Below, one piece after another: positions 25,201-40,300 of a stretch of DNA of 64,000 nt. A model generated the notes under the pieces. That model worked only from the letters and a program-made list of their open reading frames with translations. It was not told the DNA's origin and ran no database searches. Position 1 is the stretch's first letter, and each line of letters opens with the position of its first letter. A program made the translations under genes and the position numbers. This stretch comes from Lytechinus pictus (Eukaryota). The stretch covers positions 13,952,001 through 14,016,000 of the forward strand of contig NC_087251.1 of the NCBI RefSeq assembly GCF_037042905.1, given 5' to 3'.

Positions 25201-28200
25201 ACACCGTATAATTATGTACATTTTTAAAGAAATCATATTTGTTTTGTATGCATTTATGGTACACTCTCTGTCATCACACGCTGGTCTGCCTGGCACCCTA
25301 TGGGGGCTGATGCCCTTATTTGCTAGAGCTCCTGTGAGTACTGAGCTGACTGGGCTTGCCCCTTAAATTGTCGGTGAACGGAGCAGCAAGCACAAGGGCA
25401 CCAGGCCCCACCAGGATGTAGCTGGGAATTTCAGTGGTGGTGATGCAGGATGGTTTTTGTAGTAATTTAAGATTTCTATTTATATCTTAGTTGCTGTTTG
25501 TAATGTACGTGTATAAAATATTTGTAACCAAAAGAACTGTTTCAGCGCTAGCGCCATGAGCGTCTCTAGACGGTGTGTGCGCTCAATAAGATATCACTAT
25601 TATTATTATTATTATTATTATTAGGATTAGGATTAACATCAATTTGGCGCCCATTGTAAAAACATCAATTCGGCGCCCATGGGTAAAACATCAATACACT
25701 TTCACGCCGAATATAACTTCGGCGCCCCTTGGTTGAACAAAATTTCGGCACCCCCAGTTCGAATATCATTTCGTTGACCCCCTATGTCGAACATCATTTC
25801 GACCTACCCCCTAGTTCGAAAATTAATTAATTACCCTTGTGTCGAAAGCTATTCGGCGCCTCCTCCCTAAATTCAAGAGAAACATATGTTAATATGTTTC
25901 GAGTATCAATTCAGCACCCCTATGTCGAATTATCAATTCGGCCCCCGTTAGGTCGGACATTCATTCGGCACCCCTGAGTAAAACATCAATACACTTCCAT
26001 GTCGAACATAACTTCGGCACCCTTGGTTGAATTAATCATGGCGCCCCTAGTTGTTCGAATATCATTTCGGTGACCCCCTATGTCGAACATCATTTCGACC
26101 CCCCCTAGTTCGAAAATTAATTAATTACCCTTGTGTCGAAAGCTATTCGGCGCCTCCTCCCTAGATCATAGAGAAACATATGTTAATATGTTTTGAGTAA
26201 CAATTCGGCCCCCTATGTCGAATATCAATTCGGCTCGACTCCTTATGTTGAACATTAATTCTCTGCCCCTAGTTCGAACATCAATTCATTGTCCCTTTGT
26301 CAAACGTCATTTCAATCCCCCCCCCTAGCTCGAAAATTAATTAATCACCCTTGTGTCGAAAGCTATTTGGCGCCTCCTCCCTAGATCATAGAGAAACATA
26401 TGTTAATATGTTTTGAGTATCAATTCGGCCCCCCTATGTCGAATATCATGCAAAACATCAATACGGTGCCCTCAAGGTTGTACATCAATTTTGCTCCCCA
26501 TAGGCAAACCATTTAAAGTACACCTTAAGACCTATTTGTTTATCCTTTAATACCTTCACAACTAAATCTATATACAATGTATGATTATGTATATTTTTAT
26601 GGAAATCATATTGGTTTTGTATGCATTTATGGTACACTCTCTGTCATCACACGCTGGTCTGCCTGGCTTCCTATGGGGGCTGATGCCCTTATTTGCTAGA
26701 GCTCCTGTGAGTACTGAGCTGACCGGGCTCGCCCCTTAAATTGTCGGTGAACGGAGCAGCAAGCAAAAGGGCACCAGGCCCCACCAGGATGTAGCTGGGA
26801 ATTTCAGTGGTGGTGATGCAGGATGGTACTTGTAGTAATTTAAGATGTCTATTTATATCTAAGTTGCTGTTTGTAATGTACGTGTATAAAATATTTGTAA
26901 CCAAAAGAACTGTTTCAGCGCTAGCGCCATGAGCGTCTCTAGACGGTGTGTGCGCTCAATAAGATCTCACTATTATTATTATTATTATTATTATTAGGAT
27001 TAGGATTAACATCTATTTGGCACCCATTGTAAGAACATCAATTCGGCGCCCATGGGTAAAACATCAATACACTTACATGTCGAACATAACTTCGGCGCCC
27101 CTTGGTTGAACAAAATTTCGGCACCCCCAGTTCGAATATCAATTTATTGTCCCTTTGTCGAACATCATTTCGATCCCCCCCCCATAGCTCGAAAATAAAA
27201 TAATCACCCTTTTGTCGAAAGCTATTCGGCGCCTCCTCCCTAGATCAAAGAGAAACATATGTTAATATGTTTCGAGTATCAATTTAGCGCCCCTATGTCG
27301 AATTATCAATTCGGCCCCCCTTAGGTCGGACATTGATTCGGCACCCCTATGCAAAACATCAATACGGCGCCCTCTAGGTTGTACATCAATTTTGCGCCCC
27401 ATAGGCAAACCATTTAAAGTACACCTTAAGACCTATTTGTTTATCATTTAATACCTTCACAACTAAATCTATATACACTGTATGATTATGTACATCAGTG
27501 ATTTAAGATTTCTATTTATATCTAAGTTGCTGTTTGTAATGTACGTGTATAAAATATTTGTAACCAAAAGAACTGTTTCAGCGCTAGCGCCATGAGCGTC
27601 TCTAGACGGTGTGTGCGCTCAATAAGATCTCACTATTATTATTATTATTATTATTAGGATTAGGATTAACATCAATATGGCGCCCATTGTAAGAACATCA
27701 ATTCGGCGCACATGGGTAAAACATCAATACACCTTCATGTCGAACATAACTTCGGCGCCCCTTGGTTGAAAAAAATTTCGGCGCCCCCAGTTCGAATATC
27801 ATTTCGGTGACCCCCTATGTCGAACATCACTTCGACCCACCCCCCCTAGTTCGAAAATTAATTAATTACCCTTGTGTCGAAAGCTATTCGGCGCCTCCTC
27901 CCTAAATTCAAGAGAAACATATGTTAATATGTTTCGAGTATCAATTCAGCACCCCTATGTCGAATTATCAATTCGGCCCCCCTTAGGTCGGACATTCATT
28001 CGGCACCCCTGGGTAAAACATCAATACACTTCCATGTCGAACATAACTTCGGCTGCCTTGGTTGAATTAATCTCGGCGCCCCTAGCGGTTCGAATATCAT
28101 TTCGGTGACCTCCTATATCTAACATCATTTCGACCCCCCCCCTAGTTCGAAAATTAATTAATTACCCTTGTGTCGAAAGCTATTCGGCGCCTCCTCCCTA

Positions 28201-31200
28201 GATTATAGAGAAACATAAGTTAATATGTTTTGAGTATCAATTCGGCCCCCCTATGTCGAATATCATGCAAAACATCAATACGGTGCCCTCAAGGTTGTAC
28301 ATCAATTTTGCTCCCCATAGGCAAACCATTTAAAGTACACCTTAAGACCTATTTGTTTATCCTTTAATACCTTCACAACTAAATCTATATACAATGTATG
28401 ATTATGTATATTTTTATGGAAATCATATTTGTTTTGTATGCATTTATGGTACACTCTCTGTCATCACACGCTGGTCTGCCTGGCATCCTATGGGGGCTGA
28501 TGCCCTTATTTGCTAGAGCTCCTGTGAGTACTGAGCTGACCGGGCTCGCCCCTTAAATTGTCGGTGAACGGAGCAGCAAGCAAAAGGGCACCAGGCCCCA
28601 CCAGGATGTAGCTGGGAATTTCAGTGGTGGTGATGCAGGATGGTACTTGTAGTAATTTAAGATGTCTATTTATATCTAAGTTGCTGTTTGTAATGTACGT
28701 GTATAAAATATTTGTAACCAAAAGAACTGTTTCAGCGCTAGCGCCATGAGCGTCTCTAGACGGTGTGTGCGCTCAATAAGATCTCACTATTATTATTATT
28801 ATTATTATTATTAGGATTAGGATTAACATCTATTTGGCACCCATTGTAAGAACATCAATTCGGCGCCCACGGGTAAAACATCAATACACTTTCATGTCGA
28901 ACATAACCTCGGCGCCCCTTGGTTGAACAAAATTTCGGCACCCCCAGTTCAAATATCAATTTATTGTCCCTTTGTCGAACATCATTTCGATCCCCCCCCC
29001 ATAGCTCGAAAATAAAATAATCACCCTTTTGTCGAAAGTTATTCGGCGCCTCCTCCCTAGATCAAAGAGAAACATATGTTAATATGTTTCGAGTATCAAT
29101 TTAGCGTCCCTATGTCGAATTATCAATTCGGCCCCCCTTAGGTCGGACATTGATTCGGCACCCCTATGCAAAACATCAATACGGCGCCCTCTAGGTTGTA
29201 CATCAATTTTGCGCCCCATAGGCAAATCATTTAAAGTACACCTTAAGACCTATTTGTTTATCCTTTAATACCTTCACAACTAAATCTATATACAATGTAT
29301 GATTATGTATATTTTTATGGAAATCATATTTGTTTTGTATGCATTTATGGTACACTCTCTGTCATCACACGCTGTTCTGCCTGGCTTCCTATGGGGGCTG
29401 GTGCCCTTATTTGCTAGAGCTCCTGTGAGTACTGAGCTGACCGGGCTTGCCCTTAAATTGTCGGTGAACGGGGCAGCAAGCACAAGGGCACCATGCCCCA
29501 CCAAGATGTAGCTGGAAATTTCAGTGGTGGTGATGCAGGATGGTACTTGTAGTGATTTAAGATTTCTATTTATATCTAAATAGCTGTTTGTAATGTACGT
29601 GTATAAAATATTTGTAACCAAAATAACTGTTTTAGCGCTAGCGCCATGAGCGTCTCTAGACGGTGTGTGCGCTCAATAAGATCTCACTATTATTATTATT
29701 ATTATTATTAGGATTAGGATTAACATCAATTTGGCGCCCATTGTAAAAACATCAATTCGGCGCCCATGGGTAGAACATCAATACACTTTCATGTCGAACA
29801 TAACTTCGGCGCCCCTTGGTTGAACAAAATTTCGGCGCCCCCAGTTCGAATATCATTTCGGTGACCCCCTATATCTAACATCATTTCGACCCCCCTAGTT
29901 CGAAAATTAATTAATTACCCTTTTGTCGAAAGCTATTCGGCGCCTCCTCCCTAGATCAAAGAGAAACATATGTTAATATGTTTCGAGTATCAATTTAGCG
30001 CCCCTATGTCGAATTATCAATTCGGCCCCCCTTAGGTCGGACATTGATTCGGCACCCCTATGCAAAACATCTATACGGCGCCCTCTAGGTTGTACATCAA
30101 TTTTGCGCCCCATAGGCAAACCATTTAAAGTACACCTTAAGACCTATTTGTTTATCATTTAATACCTTCACAACTAAATCTATATACACTGTATGATTAT
30201 GTACATCAGTGATTTAAGATTTCTATTTATATCTAAGTTGCTGTTTGTAATGTACGTGTATAAAATATTTGTAACCAAAAGAACTGTTTCAGCGCTAGCG
30301 CCATGAGCGTCTCTAGACGGTGTGTGCGCTCAATAAGATCTCACTATTATTATTATTATTATTATTAGGATTAGGATTAACATCAATATGGCGCCCATTG
30401 TAAGAACATCAATTCGGCGCACATGGGTAAAACATCAATACACCTTCATGTCGAACATAACTTCGGCGCCCCTTGGTTGAACAAAATTTCGGCGCCCCCA
30501 GTTCGAATATCATTTCGGTGACCCCCTATGTCGAACATCATTTCGACCCACCCCCCCCCCCTAGTTCGAAAATTAATTAATTACCCTTGTGTCGAAAGCT
30601 ATTCGGCGCCTCCTCCCTAAATTCAAGAGAAACATATGTTAATATGTTTCGAGTATCAATTCAGCACCCCTATGTCGAATTATCAATTCGGCCCCCGTTA
30701 GGTCGGACATTCATTCGGCACCCCTGAGTAAAACATCAATACACTTCCATGTCGAACATAACTTCGGCACAATTGGTTGAATTAATCTCGGCGCCCCTAG
30801 TTGTTCGAATATCATTTCGGTGACCCCCTATGTCGAACATCATTTCGACCCCCCCTAGTTCGAAAATTAATTAATTACCCTTGTGTCGAAAGCCATTCGG
30901 CGCCTCCTCCCTAGATCATAGAGAAACATATGTTAATATGTTTTGAGTAACAATTCGGCCCCCCTATGTCGAATATCAATTCGGCTCGACTCCTTATGTT
31001 GAACATCAATTCTCTGCCCCTAGTTCGAACATCAATTCATTGTCCCTTTGTCGAACATCATTTCAATCCCCCCCCCTAGCTCGAAAATTAATTAATCACC
31101 CTTGTGTCGAAAGCTATTTGGCGCCTCCTCCCTAGATCATAGACAAACATATGTTAATATGTTTCGAGTATCAATTCAGCGTCCCTATGCAAAACATCAA

Positions 31201-34200
31201 TACGGCGCCCTCAAGGTTGTACATCAATTTTGCGCCCCGTAGGCAAACCATTTAAAGTACACCTTAAGATCTATTTGTTCAGCCTTTAATACCTTCACAC
31301 TTAAATATATATACACTGTATAATTATGTACATTTTCATGGAAATCATATTTGTTTTGTATGCATTTATGGTACACTCTCTGTCATCACACGCTGGTCTG
31401 CCTGGCTTCCTATGGGGGCTGATGCCCTTATTTGTTAGAGCTCCTGTGAGTACTGAGCTGACCGGGCTCGCCCCTTAAATTGTCGGTGAACGGAGCAGCA
31501 AGCAAAAGGGCACCAGGCCCCACCAGGATGTAGCTGGGAATTTCAGTGGTGGTGATGCAGGATGGTACTTGTAGTAATTTAAGATGTCTATTTATATCTA
31601 AGTTGCTGTTTGTAATGTACGTGTATAAAATATTTGTAACCAAAAGAACTGTTTCAGCGCTAGCGCCATGAGCGTCTCTAGACGGTGTGTGCGCTCAATA
31701 AGATCTCACTATAATTATTATTATTATTATTATTAGGATTAGGATTAACATCTATTTGGCACCCATTGTAAGAACATCAATTCGGCGCCCATGGGTAAAA
31801 CATCAATACACTTTCATGTCGAACATAACTTCGGCGCCCCTTGGTTGAACAAAATTTCGGCACCCCCAGTTCGAATATCAATTTATTGTCCCTTTGTCGA
31901 ACATCATTTCGATCCCCCCCCCCCCCATAGCTCGAAAATAAAATAATCACCCTTTTGTCGAAAGCTATTCGGCGCCTCCTCCCTAGATCAAAGAGAAACA
32001 TATGTTAATATGTTTCGAGTATCAATTTAGCGCCCCTATGTCGAATTATCAATTCGGCCCCCCTTAGGTCGGACATTGATTCGGCACCCCTATGCAAAAC
32101 ATCTATACGGCGCCCTCTAGGTTGTACATCAATTTTGCGCCCCATAGGCAAACCATTTAAAGTACACCTTAAGACCTATTTGTTTATCATTTAATACCTT
32201 CACAACTAAATCTATATACACTGTATGATTATGTACATCAGTGATTTAAGATTTCTATTTATATTTAAGTTGCTGTTTGTAATGTACGTGTATAAAATAT
32301 TTGTAACCAAAAGAACTGTTTCAGCGCTAGCGCCATGAGCGTCTCTAGACGGTGTGTGCGCTCAATAAGATCTCACTATTATTATTATTATTATTATTAG
32401 GATTAGGATTAACATCAATATGGCGCCCATTGTAAGAACATCAATTCGGCGCACATGGGTAAAACATCAATACACCTTCATGTCGAACATAACTTCGGCG
32501 CCCCTTGGTTGAAAAAAATTTCGGCGCCCCCAGTTCGAATATCATTTCGGTGACCCCCTATGTCGAACATCATTTCGACCCACCCCCCCTAGTTCGAAAA
32601 TTAATTAATTACCCTTGTGTCGAAAGCTATTCGGCGCCTCCTCCCTAAATTCAAGAGAAACATATGTTAATATGTTTCGAGTATCAATTCAGCACCCCTA
32701 TGTCGAATTATCAATTCGGCCCCCGTTAGGTCGGACATTCATTCGGCACCCCTGAGTAAAACATCAATACACTTCCATGTCGAACATAACTCCGGCACCC
32801 TTGGTTGAATTAATCTCGGCGCCCCTAGTTGTTCGAATATCATTTCGGTGACCCCCTATGTCGAACATCATTTCGACCCCCCCTAGTTCGAAAATTAATT
32901 AATTACCCTTGTGTCGAAAGCTATTCGGCGCCTCCTCCCTAGATCATAGAGAAACATATGTTAATATGTTTTGAGTAACAATTCGGCCCCCCTATGTCGA
33001 ATATCAATTCGGCTCGACTCCTTATGTTGAACATCAATTCTCTGCCCCTAGTTCGAACATCAATTCATTGTCCCTTTGTCGAACATCATTTCAATCCCCC
33101 CCCCCTAGCTCGAAAATTAATTAATCACCCTTGTGTCGAAAGCTATTTGGCGCCTCCTCCCTAGATCATAGACAAACATATGTTAATATGTTTCGAGTAT
33201 CAATTCAGCGTCCCTATGCAAAACATCAATACGGCGCCCTCAAGGTTGTACATCAATTTTGCGCCCCGTAGGCAAACCATTTAAAGTACACCTTAAGATC
33301 TATTTGTTCAGCCTTTAATACCTTCACACTTAAATATATATACACTGTATAATTATGTACATTTTCATGGAAATCATATTTGTTTTGTATGCATTTATGG
33401 TACACTCTCTGTCATCACACGCTGGTCTGCCTGGCTTCCTATGGGGGCTGATGCCCTTATTTGTTAGAGCTCCTGTGAGTACTGAGCTGACCGGGCTCGC
33501 CCCTTAAATTGTCGGTGAACGGAGCAGCAAGCAAAAGGGCACCAGGCCCCACCAGGAAGTAGCTGGGAATTTCAGTGGTGGTGATGCAGGATGGTACTTG
33601 TAGTAATTTAAGATGTCTATTTATATCTAAGTTGCTGTTTGTAATGTACGTGTATAAAATATTTGTAACCAAAAGAACTGTTTCAGCGCTAGCGCCATGA
33701 GCGTCTCTAGACGGTGTGTGCGCTCAATAAGATCTCACTATTATTATTATTATTATTATTATTAGGATTAGGATTAACATCTATTTGGCACCCATTGTAA
33801 GAACATCAATTCGGCGCCCATGGGTAAAACATCAATACACTTTCATGTCGAACATAACTTCGGCGCCCCTTGGTTGAACAAAATTTCGGCATCCCCAGTT
33901 CGAATATCAATTTATTGTCCCTTTGTCGAAAATCATTTCGATCCCCCCCCCCCCCATAGCTCGAAAATAAAATAATCACCCTTTTGTCGAAAGCTATTCG
34001 GCGCCTCCTCCCTAGATCAAAGAGAAACATATGTTAATATGTTTCGAGTATCAATTTAGCGTCCCTATGTCGAATTATCAATTCGGCCCCCCTTAGGTCG
34101 GACATTGATTCGGCACCCCTATGCAAAACATCAATACGGCGCCCTCTAGGTTGTACATCAATTTTGCGCCCCATAGGCAAACCATTTAAAGTACACCTTA

Positions 34201-37200
34201 AGACCTATTTGTTTATCATTTAATACCTTCACAACTAAATCTATATACACTGTATGAATATGTACATCAGTGATTTAAGATTTCTATTTATATCTAAGTT
34301 GCTGTTTGTAATGTACGTGTATAAAATATTTGTAACCAAAAGAACTGTTTCAGCGCTAGCGCCATGAGCGTCTCTAGACGGTGTGTGCGCTCAATAAGAT
34401 CTCACTATTATTATTATTATTATTATTAGGATTAGGATTAACATCAATATGGCGCCCATTGTAAGAACATCAATTCGGCGCACATGGGTAAAACATCAAT
34501 ACACCTTCATGTCGAACATAACTTCGGCGCCCCTTGGTTGAACAAAATTTCGGCGCCCCCAGTTCGAATATCATTTCGGTGACCCCCTATGTCGAACATC
34601 ATTTCGACCCACCCCCCCTAGTTCGAAAATTAATTAATTACCCTGTGTCGAAAGTTATTCGGCGCCTCCTCCCTAGATCAAAGAGAAACATATGTTAATA
34701 TGTTTCGAGTATCAATTTAGCGTCCCTATGTCGAATTATCAATTCGGCCCCCCTTAGGTCGGACATTGATTCGGCACCCCTATGCAAAACATCAATACGG
34801 CGCCCTCTAGGTTGTACATCAATTTTGCGCCCCATAGGCAAACCATTTAAAGTACACCTTAAGACCTATTTGTTTATCCTTTAATACCTTCACAACTAAA
34901 TCTATATACAATGTATGATTATGTATATTTTTATGGAAATCATATTTGTTTTGTATGCATTTATGGTACACTCTCTGTCATCACACGCGTGTCTGCCTGG
35001 CTTCCTATGGGGGCTGGTGCCCTTATTTGCTAGAGCTCCTGTGAGTACTGAGCTGACCGGGCTTGCCCTTAAATTGTCGGTGAACGGGGCAGCAAGCACA
35101 AGGGCACCATGCCCCACCAAGATGTAGCTGGAAATTTCAGTGGTGGTGATGCAGGATGGTACTTGTAGTGATTTAAGATTTCTATTTATATCTAAATAGC
35201 TGTTTGTAATGTACGTGTATAAAATATTTGTAACCAAAATAACTGTTTTAGCGCTAGCGCCATGAGCGTCTCTAGATGGTGTGTGCGCTCAATAAGATCT
35301 CACTATTATTATTATTATTATTATTAGGATTAGGATTAACATCAATTTGGCGCCCATTGTAAAAACATCAATTCGGCGCCCATGGGTAGAACATCAATAC
35401 ACTTTCATGTCGAACATAACTTCGGCGCCCCTTGGTTGAACAAAATTTCGGCGCCCCCAGTTCGAATATCATTTCGGTGACCCCCTATATCTAACATCAT
35501 TTCGACCCCCCTAGTTCGAAAATTAATTAATTACCCTTGTGTCGAAAGCTATTCGGCGCCTCCTCCCTAAATTCAAGAGAAACATATGTTAATATGTTTC
35601 GAGTATCAATTCAGCACCCCTATGTCGAATTATCAATTCGGCCCCCGTTAGGTCGGACATTCATTCGGCACCCCTGAGTAAAACATCAATACACTTCCAT
35701 GTCGAACATAACTTCGGCACCCTTGGTTGAATTAATCTCGGCGCCCCTAGTTGTTCGAATATCATTTCGGTGACCCCCTATGTCGAACATCATTTCGACC
35801 CCCCCTAGTTCGAAAATTAATTAATTACCCTTGTGTCGAAAGCTATTCGGCGCCTCCTCCCTAGATCATAGAGAAACATATGTTAATATGTTTTGAGTAA
35901 CAATTCGGCCCCCCTATGTCGAATATCAATTCGGCTCGACTCCTTATGTTGAACATCAATTCTCTGCCCCTAGTTCGAACATCAATTCATTGTCCCTTTG
36001 TCGAACATCATTTCAATCCCCCCCCCCTAGCTCGAAAATTAATTAATCACCCTTGTGTCGAAAGCTATTTGGCGCCTCCTCCCTAGATCATAGACAAACA
36101 TATGTTAATATGTTTCGAGTATCAATTCAGCGTCCCTATGCAAAACATCAATACGGCGCCCTCAAGGTTGTACATCAATTTTGCGCCCCGTAGGCAAACC
36201 ATTTAAAGTACACCTTAAGATCCATTTGTTCAGCCTTTAATACCTTCACACTTAAATATATATACACTGTATAATTATGTACATTTTCATGGAAATCATA
36301 TTTGTTTTGTATGCATTTATGGTACACTCTCTGTCATCACACGCTGGTCTGCCTGGCTTCCTATGGGGGCTGATGCCCTTATTTGTTAGAGCTCCTGTGA
36401 GTACTGAGCTGACCGGGCTCGCCCCTTAAATTGTCGGTGAACGGAGCAGCAAGCAAAAGGGCACCAGGCCCCACCAGGAAGTAGCTGGGAATTTCAGTGG
36501 TGGTGATGCAGGATGGTACTTGTAGTAATTTAAGATGTCTATTTATATCTAAGTTGCTGTTTGTAATGTACGTGTATAAAATATTTGTAACCAAAAGAAC
36601 TGTTTCAGCGCTAGCGCCATGAGCGTCTCTAGACGGTGTGTGCGCTCAATAAGATCTCACTATTATTATTATTATTATTAGGATTAGGATTAGGATTAAC
36701 ATCTATTTGGCACCCATTGTAAGAACATCAATTCGGCGCCCATGGGTAAAACATCAATACACTTTCATGTCGAACATAACTTCGGCGCCCCTTGGTTGAA
36801 CAAAATTTCGGCACCCCCAGTTCGAATATCAATTTATTGTCCCTTTGTCGAAAATCATTTCGATCCCCCCCCCCCCCCATAGCTCGAAAATAAAATAATC
36901 ACCCTTTTGTCGAAAGTTATTCGGCGCCTCCTCCCTAGATCAAAGAGAAACATATGTTAATATGTTTCGAGTATCAATTTAGCGCCCCTATGTCGAATTA
37001 TCAATTCGGCCCCCCTTAGGTCGGACATTGATTCGGCACCCCCATGCAAAACATCTATACGGCGCCCTCTAGGTTGTACATCAATTTTGCGCCCCATAGG
37101 CAAACCATTTAAAGTACACCTTAAGACCTATTTGTTTATCATTTAATACCTTCACAACTAAATCTATATACACTGTATGATTATGTACATCAGTGATTTA

Positions 37201-37328
37201 AGATTTCTATTTATATCTAAGTTGCTGTTTGTAATGTACGTGTATAAAATATTTGTAACCAAAAGAACTGTTTTAGCGCTAGCGCCATGAGCGTCTCTAG
37301 ACGGTGTGTGCGCTCAATAAGATCTCAC

Positions 37329-37360
<32 letters not shown>

Positions 37361-40300
37361 GGATTAGGATTAACATCTATTTGGCACCCATTGTAAGAAC
37401 ATCAATTCGGCGCCCATGGGTAAAACATCAATACACTTTCATGTCGAACATAACTTCGGCGCCCCTTGGTTGAACAAAATTTCGGCACCCCCAGTTCGAA
37501 TATCAATTTATTGTCCCTTTGTCGAACATCATTTCGATCCCCCCCCCCATAGCTCGAAAATAAAATAATCACCCTTTTGTCGAAAGTTATTCGGCGCCTC
37601 CTCCCTAGATCAAAGAGAAACATATATTAATATGTTTCGAGTATCAATTTAGCGTCCCTATGTCGAATTATCAATTCGGCCCCCCTTAGGTCGGAAATTG
37701 ATTCGGCACCCCTATGCAAAACATCAATACGGCGCCCTCTAGGTTGTACATCAATTTTGCGCCCCATAGGCAAACCATTTAAAGTACACCTTAAGACCTA
37801 TTTGTTTATCCTTTAATACCTTCACAACTAAATCTATATACACTGTATGATTATGTACATCAGTGATTTAAGATTTCTATTTATATCTAAGTTGCTGTTT
37901 GTAATGTACGTGTATAAAATATTTGTAACCAAAAGAACTGTTTCAGCGCTAGCGCCATGAGCGTCTCTAGACGGTGTGTGCGCTCAATAAGATCTCACTA
38001 TTATTATTATTATTATTATTAGGATTAGGATTAACATCAATATGGCGCCCATTGTAAGAACATCAATTCGGCGCACATGGGTAAAACATCAATACACCTT
38101 CATGTCGAACATAACTTCGGCGCCCCTTGGTTGAAAAAAATTTCGGCGCCCCCAGTTCGAATATCATTTCGGTGACCCCCTATGTCGAACATCATTTCGA
38201 CCCACCCCCCCTAGTTCGAAAATTAATTAATTACCCTTGTGTCGAAAGCTATTCGGCGCCTCCTCCCTAAATTCAAGAGAAACATATGTTAATATGTTTC
38301 GAGTATCAATTCAGCACTCCTATGTCGAATTATCAATTCGGCCCCCGTTAGGTCGGACATTCATTCGGCACCCCTGAGTAAAACATCAATACACTTCCAT
38401 GTCGAACATAACTTCGGCACCCTTGGTTGAATTAATCTCGTTGCCCCTAGTTGTTCGAATATCATTTCGGTGACCCCCTATGTCGAACATCATTTCGACC
38501 CCCCCTAGTTCGAAAATTAATTAATTACCCTTGTGTCGAAACCTATTCGGCGCCTCCTCCCTAGATCATAGAGAAACATATGTTAATATGTTTTGAGTAA
38601 CAATTCGGCCCCCCTATGTCGAATATCAATTCGGCTCGACTCCTTATGTTGAACATCAATTCTCTGCCCCTAGTTCGAACATCAATTCATTGTCCCTTTG
38701 TCGAACATCATTTCAATCCCCCCCCCCCTAGCTCGAAAATTAATTAATCACCCTTGTGTCGAAAGCTATTTGGCGCCTCCTCCCTAGATCATAGACAAAC
38801 ATATGTTAATATGTTTCGAGTATCAATTCAGCGTCCCTATGCAAAACATCAATACGGCGCCCTCAAGGTTGTACATCAATTTTGCGCCCCGTAGGCAAAC
38901 CATTTAAAGTACACCTTAAGATCTATTTGTTCAGCCTTTAATACCTTCACACTTAAATATATATACACTGTATAATTATGTACATTTTCATGGAAATCAT
39001 ATTTGTTTTGTATGCATTTATGGTACACTCTCTGTCATCACACGCTGGTCTGCCTGGCTTCCTATGGGGGCTGGTGCCCTTATTTGTTAGAGCTCCTGTG
39101 AGTACTGAGCTGACCGGGCTCGCCCCTTAAATTGTCGGTGAACGGAGCAGCAAGCAAAAGGGCACCAGGCCCCACCAGGAAGTAGCTGGGAATTTCAGTG
39201 GTGGTGATGCAGGATGGTACTTGTAGTAATTTAAGATGTCTATTTATATCTAAGTTGCTGTTTGTAATGTACGTGTATAAAATATTTGTAACCAAAAGAA
39301 CTGTTTCAGCGCTAGCGCCATGAGCGTCTCTAGACGGTGTGTGCGCTCAATAAGATCTCACTATTATTATTATTATTATTAGGATTAGGATTAGGATTAA
39401 CATCTATTTGGCACCCATTGTAAGAACATCAATTCGGCGCCCATGGGTAAAACATCAATACACTTTCATGTCGAACATAACTTCGGCGCCCCTTGGTTGA
39501 ACAAAATTTCGGCACCCCCAGTTCGAATATCAATTTATTGTCCCTTTGTCGAAAATCATTTCGATCCCCCCCCCATAGCTCGAAAATAAAATAATCACCC
39601 TTTTGTCGAAAGTTATTCGGCGCCTCCTCCCTAGATCAAAGAGAAACATATGTTAATATGTTTCGAGTATCAATTTAGCGCCCCTATGTCGAATTATCAA
39701 TTCGGCCCCCCTTAGGTCGGACATTGATTCGGCACCCCCATGCAAAACATCTATACGGCGCCCTCTAGGTTGTACATCAATTTTGCGCCCCATAGGCAAA
39801 CCATTTAAAGTACACCTTAAGACCTATTTGTTTATCATTTAATACCTTCACAACTAAATCTATATACACTGTATGATTATGTACATCAGTGATTTAAGAT
39901 TTCTATTTATATCTAAGTTGCTGTTTGTAATGTACGTGTATAAAATATTTGTAACCAAAAGAACTGTTTCAGCGCTAGCGCCATGAGCGTCTCTAGACGG
40001 TGTGTGCGCTCAATAAGATCTCACTATTATTATTATTATTATTATTAGGATTAGGATTAACATCAATATGGCGCCCATTGTAAGAACATCAATTCGGCGC
40101 ACATGGGTAAAATATCAATACACCTTCATGTCGAACATAACTTCGGCGCCCCTTGGTTGAACAAAATTTCGGCACCCCCAGTTCGAATATCAATTTATTG
40201 TCCCTTTGTCGAACATCATTTCGACCCCCCCCCCCTAGTTCGAAAATTAATTAATTACCCTTGTGTCGAAAGCTATTCGGCGCCTCCTCCCTAGATCATA

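Noticed and set aside
36677..36700. Interstitial telomere repeat
   Set aside because: The unit is TTAGGA, at most three copies, and is explained by slippage at the (ATT)n/minisatellite junction
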